Of a stretch of DNA of 64,000 nt, positions 40,719 through 51,342 are shown piece by piece. Origin of the DNA: Corallochytrium limacisporum Hawaii (Eukaryota; Protista; Pluriformea); assembly GCA_002811645.1 (NCBI GenBank), contig PDIP01000122.1, positions 96,098 through 160,097 on the forward strand, written 5' to 3'. The translations under genes and the position numbers were made by a program. The number at the start of each line of letters is the position of its first letter. The first letter of the stretch is position 1. Below the pieces are notes generated by a model that was given only the letters and a program-made list of their open reading frames with translations, ran no database searches and had not been told where the DNA came from.

Positions 40719-41720
40719 CTATGAGCCAGGGACCCACAGGCCGGAGTCAATGCACCGTTGCATGTGATACTCGGCATCCTTGGGATCCATACTTGTCAGC
40801 ACTTCCTTGAGGACGTCGATGTCTCTGCTCTCGAATGCCTGTCGCAGCTCCTCCGGCAGCGATTCAGCTACTTCGATAGGATCCAGGCCACCTGGTCCCA
40901 TGCGTTCCTCCTTACTAAGCTCCTCCCCTTCCTGCAAAGCCTCGTCAAGGCGCTCCTTAGCACGTTTTTTGACCCGGTCGATCAAGGCCGAAAGCTCATC
41001 ATTAAATGCCTCCTGGTACTCCTTTTCGGCATCCTTGATCTTGCGGAAAAAGGTCGGAAAGATGTTCCGGGCAGGCTGCTTCGCCGTCTTGGCCAATTCA
41101 TTGATGTACTGCATGACCACAGTCTGATGGGCTACGCGCTTCATGAGCTCCGTCTTCCCCTCAACCTGCAGATCCACACACCAAATCACTAGGTAGCTTC
41201 CGGTATGTTCACAGGCCAGATAAGGATGATCGGCGAGGTAGGCCGCTGATTCTTCATTCTTGCTCAGCATTCCGAAATGCTTGATCTCCTCCTCATATTT
41301 CTTGAAAAACTCCTGCATGTCACCAAGTTCATCCATAGGCTTGGTCTCCTTGGACTGGTCAGTCTTATTGATCCGAGCCTTGTCAAAGCCATCTTTGCTG
41401 ATGTTTCGCACGCTCCAACGAGGGTGCTTCTTCTCGTATTCTTCCTTTTCTTGAAGAAGCTTGTTCTGCTTTTCAAATGCTTCCTTGGCCTTCTTGATTT
41501 CAGTCTCTGGGGCACCATAGGTTTGCAGCGAGTCGTACTTCTTTCGCAAGTCTTCAACGTCCATTTGCAACTTTGTGAATGCTGCAGCTTCCTCCTCTTC
41601 CCTCTTCACGTTGGCTTCGTGACGCCATTTAAACAGGGATGCCTTGTCAATGTTGGGGTGAGTGTCATCCTCATCGTCACTCACGTCGATGTGATCCCAC
41701 TTGCTGTAGTCAATGGGCAT
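40719..41720 (-). CDS. CDC37: Hsp90 kinase co-chaperone Cdc37
   Basis: MPIDYSKWDHIDVSDDEDDTHPNIDKASLFKWRH, GPGGLDP, RCIDSGLWVP. Confidence 0.97.
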   Translation of the reverse strand: MPIDYSKWDHIDVSDDEDDTHPNIDKASLFKWRHEANVKREEEEAAAFTKLQMDVEDLRKKYDSLQTYGAPETEIKKAKEAFEKQNKLLQEKEEYEKKHPRWSVRNISKDGFDKARINKTDQSKETKPMDELGDMQEFFKKYEEEIKHFGMLSKNEESAAYLADHPYLACEHTGSYLVIWCVDLQVEGKTELMKRVAHQTVVMQYINELAKTAKQPARNIFPTFFRKIKDAEKEYQEAFNDELSALIDRVKKRAKERLDEALQEGEELSKEERMGPGGLDPIEVAESLPEELRQAFESRDIDVLKEVLTSMDPKDAEYHMQRCIDSGLWVPGS

Positions 41721-42256
41721 GGCGGCAAAATGCAGTAAATTTTCTGCTGGTTATCCTTAGATCCATCTACAAACCCACACGATCAACAACAATTCAGCAA
41801 TGTGCTGGAAATCCCGGCAACCGTTCTCTTCCGAAATAGCCACAACATTCCATGGATTCCCCCCACCAACAAAGCTCCTCACCCTGCCTTCTTGCTTCCA
41901 AAGGCCAGATGAACTTTGGGAAAAACACGAAATGGGGGACGGAAAATATTAAAGTCAATCGCAGTGGACGTTGTCGACCCCTATGCATTCTGTGATCGCG
42001 AACAATTGTGCGATTTGGACAGCTGGAAGGGGACCTGGCCCCGAGCAGTTATCAAGCTGCCAATGGTTCTCCCAAAATATCATGGAAACGGTGGCCAAGT
42101 TGGCCGTTGACTGGGGATATAGCTGTCCATTGCCTACTTCAGGAGCAGTTCCAGGGCTGTACGTAGTGACAACCTCCTGTCATTCTCACATGGCAAGAAA
42201 ATCGGTTGAAATCGACATTTTTCATCAAATTGAAATGACCGAGGGGTGCATACACC

Positions 42257-42574
42257 ATGGCAGATATTCCAGGACCGAAGGTTTCGGTTATCGTTCGGGT
42301 ATTGAACTCCAACCGGGACCATAAGGCAGAAACCATCCCCATAGACGACACTTTCAAAAGTGAAATAGCTAATGCGGACACAGGAGCTGCTGCGAGTGAT
42401 CCTTTCTCAGGAATGTCCACTGAACAATTTATTGAACTATGTGAAGACAATCTGTTAGACTGGACCGCCATTGCCCGCAGGTTGAGAACCACGGAGGAGG
42501 CATGTCGGAAGCACTACCTGTCCAGCAGGAATGCAGCTAGCATGAATGGCAGTGGTACGGGACAGGGGTCTTAG
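42257..42574 (+). CDS. Small Myb/SANT-like protein resembling the Atg29 N-terminal domain
   Basis: VSVIVRV strand followed by an LDWTAIARRLRTTEEACRKHY helix-turn-helix; protein-like composition; fits between CDC37 and the exonuclease gene. Confidence 0.55.
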   Translation: MADIPGPKVSVIVRVLNSNRDHKAETIPIDDTFKSEIANADTGAAASDPFSGMSTEQFIELCEDNLLDWTAIARRLRTTEEACRKHYLSSRNAASMNGSGTGQGS

Positions 42575-42601
42575 GCGATACAGCATGGGGAATGTATTAG
42601 C

Positions 42602-44266
42602 CTACTCCATCTTCCGCTTCTTGTTCTGGTGACCATTGCGATTGGGCTGTGCGTTGTTGCTGCCGCCAGACTCGTATTTCTGCCTGATCATCATGTCCCA
42701 GTCAAAAATACCCCACAATGGTGGACCATTATCGAGAGTGTTGCGGTCGTAGGCGACAGGCAGGGCTCGGAATACGTCGACATAAATTTTTGACCGTTGT
42801 TCTGCCTCTTCCATCTTTGCCTTGCTGAGGTAACCCTTAAACTTGAAATACAACTGTCTGATAAAGAATGCATCATACACACAGTAGCCGATGACGTTTA
42901 CATCAATCGGCCTGGTATCAAAGTTGATGTTGCTGTCCTTACCACGGACTTTGGACTTAAACGGATTGCCTGCCCCATCATTCACGCGTTGTAGAACGGT
43001 ATCCCAACCACACGGGCGCTGCACACCATCCTTGTACACCGCGTAGGCTACCTGCGTGTCAAAGACATTTTGCAGGTGAATTCCATAGCAGTGCTCCAGG
43101 GCATCTGCATCTGCCCTGCAGTCATGCATAACCTTCAATACTGTGTCGTCTTCAAGAACGCTCTTCAGAGGCTTCATGAGCACACCACCGCCAACGGTAC
43201 AATCTACTAGGAACACCTCAGAGTCCCTACTGCAGAGTTGAGCGAGATGGATTTTGGCTTTCCGGCCGTGGTGCGTACCCTGGAAGTCTACACTAATAAT
43301 GGACTCATCTGAGAGCTTCTTTCTTGCTTCCTCTGCCTCGGCCAATGTCTGGATGTACCGCACACTCTTCACAGACGGCAGACTCTTCTGCACGGTGTCA
43401 AGGGCTTTGAACGGAGCCGCGTTGCGGATCAGTTCCTTTTCGTCAACCTTAAACTCCTGATTCTCGTAGTTTTGGCCTGTGGTGTGTCGACGTTGAATCT
43501 CATCGTCCCATTTTTCGAACCCGTACGAAGGCTTGGAGTCCGGACCCCTTGATGGTACAGTGCTTGCTTTGCGCAGCTGGGCCGAATAGCTCTTCGACTT
43601 CTCCAGCACTTTTCTCACCTTGTCATCATCCAACAGTTTCCGAATTTCCTCGTAAACAGGGAGAATAAACTTAGCGTCATGGACAGAATAGCCAATGACA
43701 TCGTCTGACATGGGCCGCTGTGCAAAAATCTCCGAACCCAAAGCGAGTTGGTCCTTGATTGCCTCCCGGTACGGGTTATCTGCTTCGTTGATCCCAATAA
43801 ATTTCTTGAGCAATGTGTTCAGACCCACTGGATACGGATAATTACCTCGACTTGCCTTGTGGTGAATCGCAAAGGCCAACTGTGTGTCAAATACATTCCT
43901 GAGCTTCACACCGTAAATATGGTAAAGTGCGTCCGCATCGCAACGACAGTCGTGCATCACCTTCAGCAGAGTCTTCGAGGTCAGCAACTGACCTAGTCCC
44001 GCAGCGAACATAGCCTTGCCTCCAAGCACAATGTCAAAAAGAAAGACATGTGTTGGTGTACCAATCTGAACGAGGGTTAGGATACCATCCCGTCCCAGTC
44101 TCACACCCTCGCAATCACAGGCAACTACTGATTCTTTCTCAATGACTTCGCATGCCTTCATTGTGTGCACGACGTCTGTGATTAAGTAGTATGGTACCTG
44201 ACCATCCGTATGCTTGAGTAGAGTGCCGAGATCGACCTCGCTCTTCTGTGCGTCGTCCTTTGTCAT
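42602..44266 (-). CDS. Tandem two-domain DEDDy 3'-5' exonuclease, EXD1/Egalitarian-like
   Basis: Domain 1: DCEG, KVMHDCRCD, VFDTQ, YSVHD. Domain 2: DFQG, KVMHDCRAD, VFDTQ, YCVYD. Confidence 0.88.
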   Translation of the reverse strand: MTKDDAQKSEVDLGTLLKHTDGQVPYYLITDVVHTMKACEVIEKESVVACDCEGVRLGRDGILTLVQIGTPTHVFLFDIVLGGKAMFAAGLGQLLTSKTLLKVMHDCRCDADALYHIYGVKLRNVFDTQLAFAIHHKASRGNYPYPVGLNTLLKKFIGINEADNPYREAIKDQLALGSEIFAQRPMSDDVIGYSVHDAKFILPVYEEIRKLLDDDKVRKVLEKSKSYSAQLRKASTVPSRGPDSKPSYGFEKWDDEIQRRHTTGQNYENQEFKVDEKELIRNAAPFKALDTVQKSLPSVKSVRYIQTLAEAEEARKKLSDESIISVDFQGTHHGRKAKIHLAQLCSRDSEVFLVDCTVGGGVLMKPLKSVLEDDTVLKVMHDCRADADALEHCYGIHLQNVFDTQVAYAVYKDGVQRPCGWDTVLQRVNDGAGNPFKSKVRGKDSNINFDTRPIDVNVIGYCVYDAFFIRQLYFKFKGYLSKAKMEEAEQRSKIYVDVFRALPVAYDRNTLDNGPPLWGIFDWDMMIRQKYESGGSNNAQPNRNGHQNKKRKME

Positions 44267-44464
44267 TGTTGGAGTGTCACAAACCTATAGTTGGGCTCCT
44301 CCACCTCTGCTTTGAGTCCAATTTCTCCACGCGGATCATGAGCTGCACTATCCACCACGCCATGCGCGATGTCAAATAGCCGTCTGACAGGAACCAATGC
44401 AATGAATTGAACCTCCCGGTTGGGCCATTCAGGAAAAGCCTTCGCATTCAATATGGAGACCCGC

Positions 44465-44496
44465 ACGGCACACAACTACGGCACGTGTGCCGTAGT
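44465..44496. repeat. 10-bp inverted repeat with three ACGGCAC copies and an E-box
   Basis: ACTACGGCAC-GT-GTGCCGTAGT (44475-44496), preceded by ACGGCACAC (44465); contains CACGTG. Confidence 0.6.
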
Positions 44497-45348
44497 CGTT
44501 CAGCGGCCAACCCCCCTTCCCACCAGTCCCCATGGGGCATTTCGCGCCAGCAAGCTGGATGAATTGGTGAGCGGGTCTCATCCGTGCTGGGTGGGTTAGG
44601 GGGATCGCATTTCCCCTTCCCCCATGGTCCGCTTAGTCTCAGCTCACGATTTCAAGGCTCGGCCGCTGCGTAGCCCTCCATGCCGAGGTCTGGGTGGCGC
44701 ACAACGGGTGCTACTGACCACTTGCTTGTTGAATCCATGGACTGAGGCTGCATTCTGCACCTTCAGCAGTACCAGCGGTTGCGCTGCATCGTCTTTGTTC
44801 TTGTTGGTAATGGACATAATGTCAGGCAGGACTACATAGTGGAGGCAGTACCCATGGCTGATGCTAGTGATGCCGCTGCAAGGCATGAAACAAACTTGTC
44901 GGTATGTCGTTGGTGATTGAGCGAGAGCGCATGCTAGCACCTTGAGGAACCGAAGAAGTGACAAAGGTGACTAGGCTCCACTAAATCTTGGTCCTTCGCA
45001 TAGGGAGTACTGGAGCGGAAATTGTGTCAGGAGGGGCGAAAATGGACTGTTTCGTTTGTTTTCCTCAGGTCCACGAGTTCCTCCCTTTTCGGCTCTAAGC
45101 TCCGATCTTCTCGGGAAGTGGGGAGAGATTACGTGTCCTGCTTTTTTGGCAGTTGTGTATTCTGGTGAAATCGCATTTGGTACTAAAGGTTATGCACCAG
45201 ATAGGCAAGATGATACAAAAAGGGAATGTGTAGTATGTGACACCAAGCGACATATTACAAACCACAACACCTGCCATGTGACAAAGGGTGCTGAGGCTTT
45301 ACAATCAGAGACGAAACCGATACAGAGTACACAGTTGACAAAATCACA

Positions 45349-46371
45349 ATGTCGTCAAGTGTGCTTCCCGTAGTTTATGCCGTCGGGATCCTTGTGGCTT
45401 ACTCCATCTTTGGTTATCTTGAAGAACGGGTAATGCAGCAACCCTTTCCTGGCGCGGACGGTGAGGACGAGTATTTTACCTACCGTCCCGTGGGGGTAGC
45501 AGCACAGTGTGTGGTCAGCACCATTGTCGCTTTCATTGGCTCCAAGGTCAGTAAGGAGCCCATTGACACCACACCGCAGTATTTGCATGCCGGAGTGGCC
45601 GTGACCTACTTGGGTGGTATGGTGGCCAGTGTGTACGCTCTCGGACATGTGAGTTACCCGGCCAAGATTCTGGCCAAGTGCTGCAAACCGATCCCCATCA
45701 TGCTGTTAACTTCCATACTCAATAGCCGCAAGTACACCATCTACAAGTACATTACTGTGGCATTGATGGTACCCGGCCTGGCACTCTTCATGCTGCAGGA
45801 TGAGCACCTGGACTTCTCCAACACAGACTTCACAAACCTGGGCACAACAGACTGGTTGAGCGTTGTTGGCGGGGGTCTTCTTATGCTATCACTTTTCCTG
45901 GATGGATTCACTGGATTGCAGCAAGATCACATGCGTCATCACCACAAGCCCAGTAGCTATCAGTCCATGATGTACCTAAACTTTTACGCGAGCATTCTGG
46001 CGTTGATTGGCACGACAGTCGGCACCGGAGAACTGTGGGCTGCCATAGATTTTGGCACTCGTCACTTTGATGTTGTGGATGACATTGCGATCATGGCCAT
46101 TGGAGCAAGTGTGGGACAGGTCTTTATCTTCTTGCTGCTTGAGGCTGCGGGCCCATTGAACGTGAGCATTGTGACAACTCTGCGTAAGTTCTTCAGCATC
46201 ATCATTAGTGTGATTGCCTTTAGCCATCCATTGAACACTCGGAAGATGATTGGTATGGCACTGGTCTTTGGTGGCATTGCCATTGACATCTACGGAGGTG
46301 CCAAGAAGCGCAAGGAATCCCCCAAAGGGAAGAGGGTTGCAAATGGCAGAAGCAAGGTCAAGGCGTCCTAA
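45349..46371 (+). CDS. SLC35B1: SLC35B1/HUT1 (UAA-family) ER nucleotide(-sugar) transporter
   Basis: SYPAKILAKCCKPIPIM, DGFTGLQQD, GQVFIF, TTLRKFFS; C-terminal KxKxx ER retrieval signal (KVKAS). Confidence 0.9.
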   Translation: MSSSVLPVVYAVGILVAYSIFGYLEERVMQQPFPGADGEDEYFTYRPVGVAAQCVVSTIVAFIGSKVSKEPIDTTPQYLHAGVAVTYLGGMVASVYALGHVSYPAKILAKCCKPIPIMLLTSILNSRKYTIYKYITVALMVPGLALFMLQDEHLDFSNTDFTNLGTTDWLSVVGGGLLMLSLFLDGFTGLQQDHMRHHHKPSSYQSMMYLNFYASILALIGTTVGTGELWAAIDFGTRHFDVVDDIAIMAIGASVGQVFIFLLLEAAGPLNVSIVTTLRKFFSIIISVIAFSHPLNTRKMIGMALVFGGIAIDIYGGAKKRKESPKGKRVANGRSKVKAS

Positions 46372-49300
46372 GACATTGCGAGTATGTTTATCTCCAATGA
46401 AGCACATTCAACGCTCCATACTCTGTGTCATCACAAGATTTGCAATATCGGTGCTACCAAGGCACTGTGGGGCGGGTTACCGTCGATTATTGTGTCCGGC
46501 ACTGCCAAGTGGATTCAGCTGGCCAAGGATCAGTTTCACCCGGATGAACGCGGACGCGCTGTCCACATGGGAGGGTACTAGGATAGAGAACGAACGTCCA
46601 CTTTGCAGTCCGTCATGTTACAGCACACAATGCTTGTACATGATTGTGTTGATTCAATATTAGATATTCTGAGAGGACTATTTTTGGGGGTGCCGGGGAG
46701 ACGGAACGCAGTGCTTTTGCGACGAGGATAATTTCTGCGGTACATAATCTACGGCCTCCCGTTAGGCTAAATAGACTCCCAATGGAACTGCGTGTGAATC
46801 GGCGGATTTGCGCGCTCTTTCCACTCGCCCTCTCCCTCCCGCGGTACTGTTTCTAAGGGTTCTCTGCATAAAGTTCACGTTCGCCTTTTGGCTGGGCGTC
46901 CTCCGCGGGCCGAGTGGTGATGAAATACAACGGTACTGCGGTCCTGGGGGGCCAACTGCGCAGCTGCGCGATGGCTATGTTCCACCCGCTGCCAACCCTT
47001 CCGCATCGGAATTCCTTGCCCGTCAGTCTCTATGGTTTGTGTATGGACACTTTCCCTTCGCCTAATCGAAATTTGATTGCCCAACGAGCGCAGCGGACAG
47101 GAGAGCCACGGTACCGCATTGGATAGGTAAGCGGCATTTTCCATCAGATAATTTTGCCCTTCTATAATAAAAATATTGCATTCCAATGGTGATCGTTGAT
47201 CAGAGTACTACCATCCGATCGAACCCCACGTCGGGGAGGCGCACCGGGTACCCAAGACTGGTGGCTGGCCTTCAACTATCCAAAGTGTTCCGATTGGATA
47301 CTGAATATAGGGAAAATTTGGCCACTCGGAGCGCTTTCGTTCAGCAGACCCAGGAATCACAAAGAAACAACATGGTTCACGGGACAGTACACACCAGCGC
47401 ATGTGCTGGCTACAGGCATAAGTCTTGAATGTGGGACGAGTGTGGAATATGAACAAACTGTGTGATAGTGAGGGTGCCAACTAACTCGAGCATAAGGAAC
47501 AAAGGCGGGGGAGACTGTATCAGTTTTTTTCTCTTGCCCACCTCGTCTTCCTTCCATTTCGGCTGCGGACAGAATGACATTTGCTCGTCACATTCTGGAA
47601 CAAAAAAATTCTATTTGTTCAGTACTGACTAGGTGAGATAGGGTGTTAAATAACAATGGAAAAAATTTGACGACACTGCAGGAAATACTAGAATGAACCT
47701 GTTTAGGCCGGGGAGGATACCACCCTGAACTTGCTGTGATCAATCTATAGTATGAAATATATCTATACATTGCCCGTATTTTTATATATAGTTTGTATTA
47801 GTTCATCGAACTCTTTGGGATTATGTGTATTGGTGAGGTATGATCAGTGTGTGAAGATTCTGCAGCAGTTTGAAACACACTCCATCAGATCAACGGCTGT
47901 CAGGGGTACCAAATTTAGACCCGCGTATCAACGTCTTGTGCATGCGGACCATATACTCACACGAAGTTGGGCCTGCTCTCTGTCGACGCTGCTATAGTGG
48001 ATCTACCAGTCAGAAGGCGGTTAACTGGGAAAAACTTAGACTTTCCGCTTCAGCCATTCTTCCCTTTGCCATTGTCACACCTTCTGAACGACAAACGTTC
48101 TAGAAGGAAATTTTTGACGCCTTTTTCTTCGCCCTGGACACAATACCGGGCGTACCTAAGAAAGTGTAGCAAACTATGCGACGCAAGTAGCCCGCGATTT
48201 TCCTTAGAAGGACAAATGCCGAGACTTGAGTTGCCAGCCTACAGCATAATCCCAAGTACTTATGAATGAGCTGTGCCCTTCGGCCTCTGCCCCATCTTCT
48301 GTTCAACTCTTGTGACCTGTACCGCTGGTTTTCGTAGAACTCCTGGTGTTCGGTATGAATTCAACGGCCTACACTTCCAAAGGGCTCCCTGTTCCCCCCC
48401 AAAAATTTTTTCCGAGAGCTTTCAAGGAAATTAGAAAGATGGTATCTCTTGATGTTATATATAACTGCCAAAACCCTTATCTCTTGGACACAAAGGAAGG
48501 GCTCCACTGAAGTGGCGAACATTGTCGTTAGTGCGAGCCACTGTTCCCCGACTGCTTCCCTTGCGCTGCATCGTGCAAGGGAGAGTGATAGCACCCCAGC
48601 GAGATCGAAAATTCCTCGCTATCAATAGTAAATATACTAAAAAGAGATACGTGGAAGAAGGATGCCAGACCGCCGCAGTCGACAAGGCAGAGACCGCACT
48701 GGATCACAATCACTCAATGGTACACCAAGCCACCGCGCCACAAAATTACTCAGCACATTCAGTACTGGCATGCTCCCGTTGCAAGCTAACCGTTCATCAA
48801 AAGCGAGTCGTCAAAACGGTCCCACTTCCACACGCTCAGAACCGCTGAGTTGAGAAGAAACGTGGATCACACTTAATATGGAGAAAGTACGAGGAAGTGT
48901 CTACACGAGGCTCCCTCCCTTCCTGTGTTTCTTGCTGCTGCTGGATTGTGGTACCAGTGTCCTTTCTCCCGTCACTCCCAGAACACAGTACCCCCGTAGT
49001 AAGGGGAACAAAGGGGGGCCTGTGGGAGGGGGAAGGAGAAAGAGTGGGGGAGATTGAGAACGGCAACAAGACCGAGCCCCCGTTCCCCCCTCCCATTCCC
49101 TCCGCCCAGGGGGGGAGGCTTCCCCTTCTGCGTACTGGCCATGCTTTCGATATTTTTTCGCTATCTCCCCCACATCCCCCCCCCCCTCTTGTCCCCTTCA
49201 TCAAATTGGAAGTGAAAAAAAATTGAGTTGGTACTGTTCACCCTTTTCTCGCCACTTCATACAGTGGCTTCACTACTATATCCGTGTGAGAGAGAAGACG

Positions 49301-49743
49301 GCCGTGGGCTCTTGTGGCTCACGCAACAATGCCATCCCTTACAAAACCATCCGTTTTAGAACAATAACTATCGGTGCAGCGGCCACTCTGAATACCTGCT
49401 GCGGCACTGTGGGATGCGGCCAGAAGCCAAATGTTAAATGTTTTGGGAACCACTTTCCTTCATGGTCGTCGTCGAAATTCGTGTCTGTACAGATGTCGTT
49501 TCCATTTTCTTCGTGAATGCCTCCTTCAGTTCTTGTTTTTAGTGATTCAAAGCATTCAGTCCAGATGGAATACGTGACAAGAACAACGAGTCTCACGTTT
49601 TAAACATAGATGAGATCATTTGCTATTTGAAAGACTCTTCCTTAGGAATTAAACATATTTCAGGTCTGTGTGATTTACAGTACATAGAGCGAATTGTGCT
49701 CTTTATACTTCATAGTTTCGGGTAAAATTACTAAAAGCATGAC

Positions 49744-51342
49744 ATGTTGCTAGACATGACAGTTGGAGAATCTTTAGACACAGGAGAGCATTCTCAGGAA
49801 AATTCCTCTGCTAGGCATCAGGACATGGAAGCGGGATCCAATATGGTTGCAGCGCTCACCGATGACAACGACACTGCCCCGGAGGCTGTAGACGGCAAGG
49901 AGGCCACGACTGAACAGGAACAGAATAAACCTTCGGAAGAAAATACAGAGTGTGAAAACAACATGTGCACTCTCTGCAAGAGCAATGGTCACACCATTGA
50001 GGACTGCGATATGTACAAGACTGTAATCTCCTGGCAGGAGAGCCAGGGCAAGAAGAAGCGCTCCTCCATTGAGAAGGGTTCCGGACAAGGCAGTGAGGGA
50101 AATGGCAGTGAATCGGATGATCGTCAGGGGGATGACGATCTTCCGCAGTGGATGCTTCTTGGTGGAAGTGACCATATGCATCCTGCCAAGAACTACTCTG
50201 GGGACGGTGACCAGGAACTTCCCACAAGTATGAGCGCTGAGTCTCGTGCCGCCATGTTTGCTGCTGCCGCTGCTGCACAACAACCCGATCAGGCAACCGG
50301 TGAGGGCGGAAACGCGCCTTACACTGACGTGGACTTCACAAACATCCCAGTGGGTAAGCCTGGCATTAAACCACCGGGTCCGGGTTACCTGTGCAAAATT
50401 TGTCGCGTCCCGGGCCATTGGTTGGAGGATTGCCCTTTCAAGAAGGGGAGTGTGAGGGCTGGTCCTGGTATGCAGGGTGCTGCCGCTGGTATGCCCGGCA
50501 TGGCTGGCGTCTCCGGCATGAAAGGTCGTCCCATGGGTGCCACTCATCCATCAGCTGCCGGGTCCTGGCCCGCAGCCAGTTCCGCCGCTGGTAGTCGTCC
50601 AGTTGCTGGTGGTGCTGGTGGCAAAGTCAAGATGGATCCTGCCTACCTTCAGGCCATGGCTGCTCAATTTGAGGGCATGGACCTCAGCCCGCAGCAGCAG
50701 GCTGCTTTCACAGCGGCAGCCGCCGCGGCAGCCCAGGGCCAGGGCCCCGCCCCTCGCTCCCGCTCCCGTGAACCACCGGTTGGCTACATTTGCAAGATAT
50801 GCCAAACTCCTGGCCACTGGATCAAGGAGTGTCCCTCCAAGAATATCCCTTTGAACGGTGATGGCACCATGGACATGGCAGCAGCAGCTGCTGCGGGCGT
50901 ACACCCCCACGCACACCGCCACCAGAGCCAGCGCATCATCCGCCCACCAGGCCAGGGTTACCTGTGCAAGATTTGCAAGATTCCTGGCCATTGGCTAGCT
51001 GACTGTCCGCAGAAGACCAATCGCCCTGTTCCGCAGTACTACGAACGTCCCTACGACACCAACGGCGCTGAGGGCGCGGATGGCTATCCAGCTTCCCAGG
51101 GCAATCCTGCTATACTTCCAGCAGGTGCAGGCAACCCGGCGATGCCCGGTAGCCAGCAGGGATCCCAGGGTGCCGGCGGTGCTGGTCGGGGTGAGGGCAA
51201 TGCCTCTCTTTTCATGGATGATATGTTCAAATCGCAGAGCCGTGATCAGCAGAACCAGATCTGGCCGAATATTATGGGCATGAATTTCAAGGAGAAGATG
51301 GGCATGAATCTGGTCAGTGACTGGCATGACTATGAATATTGA
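49744..51342 (+). CDS. CCHC zinc-knuckle protein (ZCCHC24-type knuckles), probable RNA binder
   Basis: Four CX2CX4HX4C knuckles, three in a PPxxGYxCKICxxPGHWxxxCP context; Ala/Gly/Met/Gln low-complexity linkers. Confidence 0.85.
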   Translation: MLLDMTVGESLDTGEHSQENSSARHQDMEAGSNMVAALTDDNDTAPEAVDGKEATTEQEQNKPSEENTECENNMCTLCKSNGHTIEDCDMYKTVISWQESQGKKKRSSIEKGSGQGSEGNGSESDDRQGDDDLPQWMLLGGSDHMHPAKNYSGDGDQELPTSMSAESRAAMFAAAAAAQQPDQATGEGGNAPYTDVDFTNIPVGKPGIKPPGPGYLCKICRVPGHWLEDCPFKKGSVRAGPGMQGAAAGMPGMAGVSGMKGRPMGATHPSAAGSWPAASSAAGSRPVAGGAGGKVKMDPAYLQAMAAQFEGMDLSPQQQAAFTAAAAAAAQGQGPAPRSRSREPPVGYICKICQTPGHWIKECPSKNIPLNGDGTMDMAAAAAAGVHPHAHRHQSQRIIRPPGQGYLCKICKIPGHWLADCPQKTNRPVPQYYERPYDTNGAEGADGYPASQGNPAILPAGAGNPAMPGSQQGSQGAGGAGRGEGNASLFMDDMFKSQSRDQQNQIWPNIMGMNFKEKMGMNLVSDWHDYEY

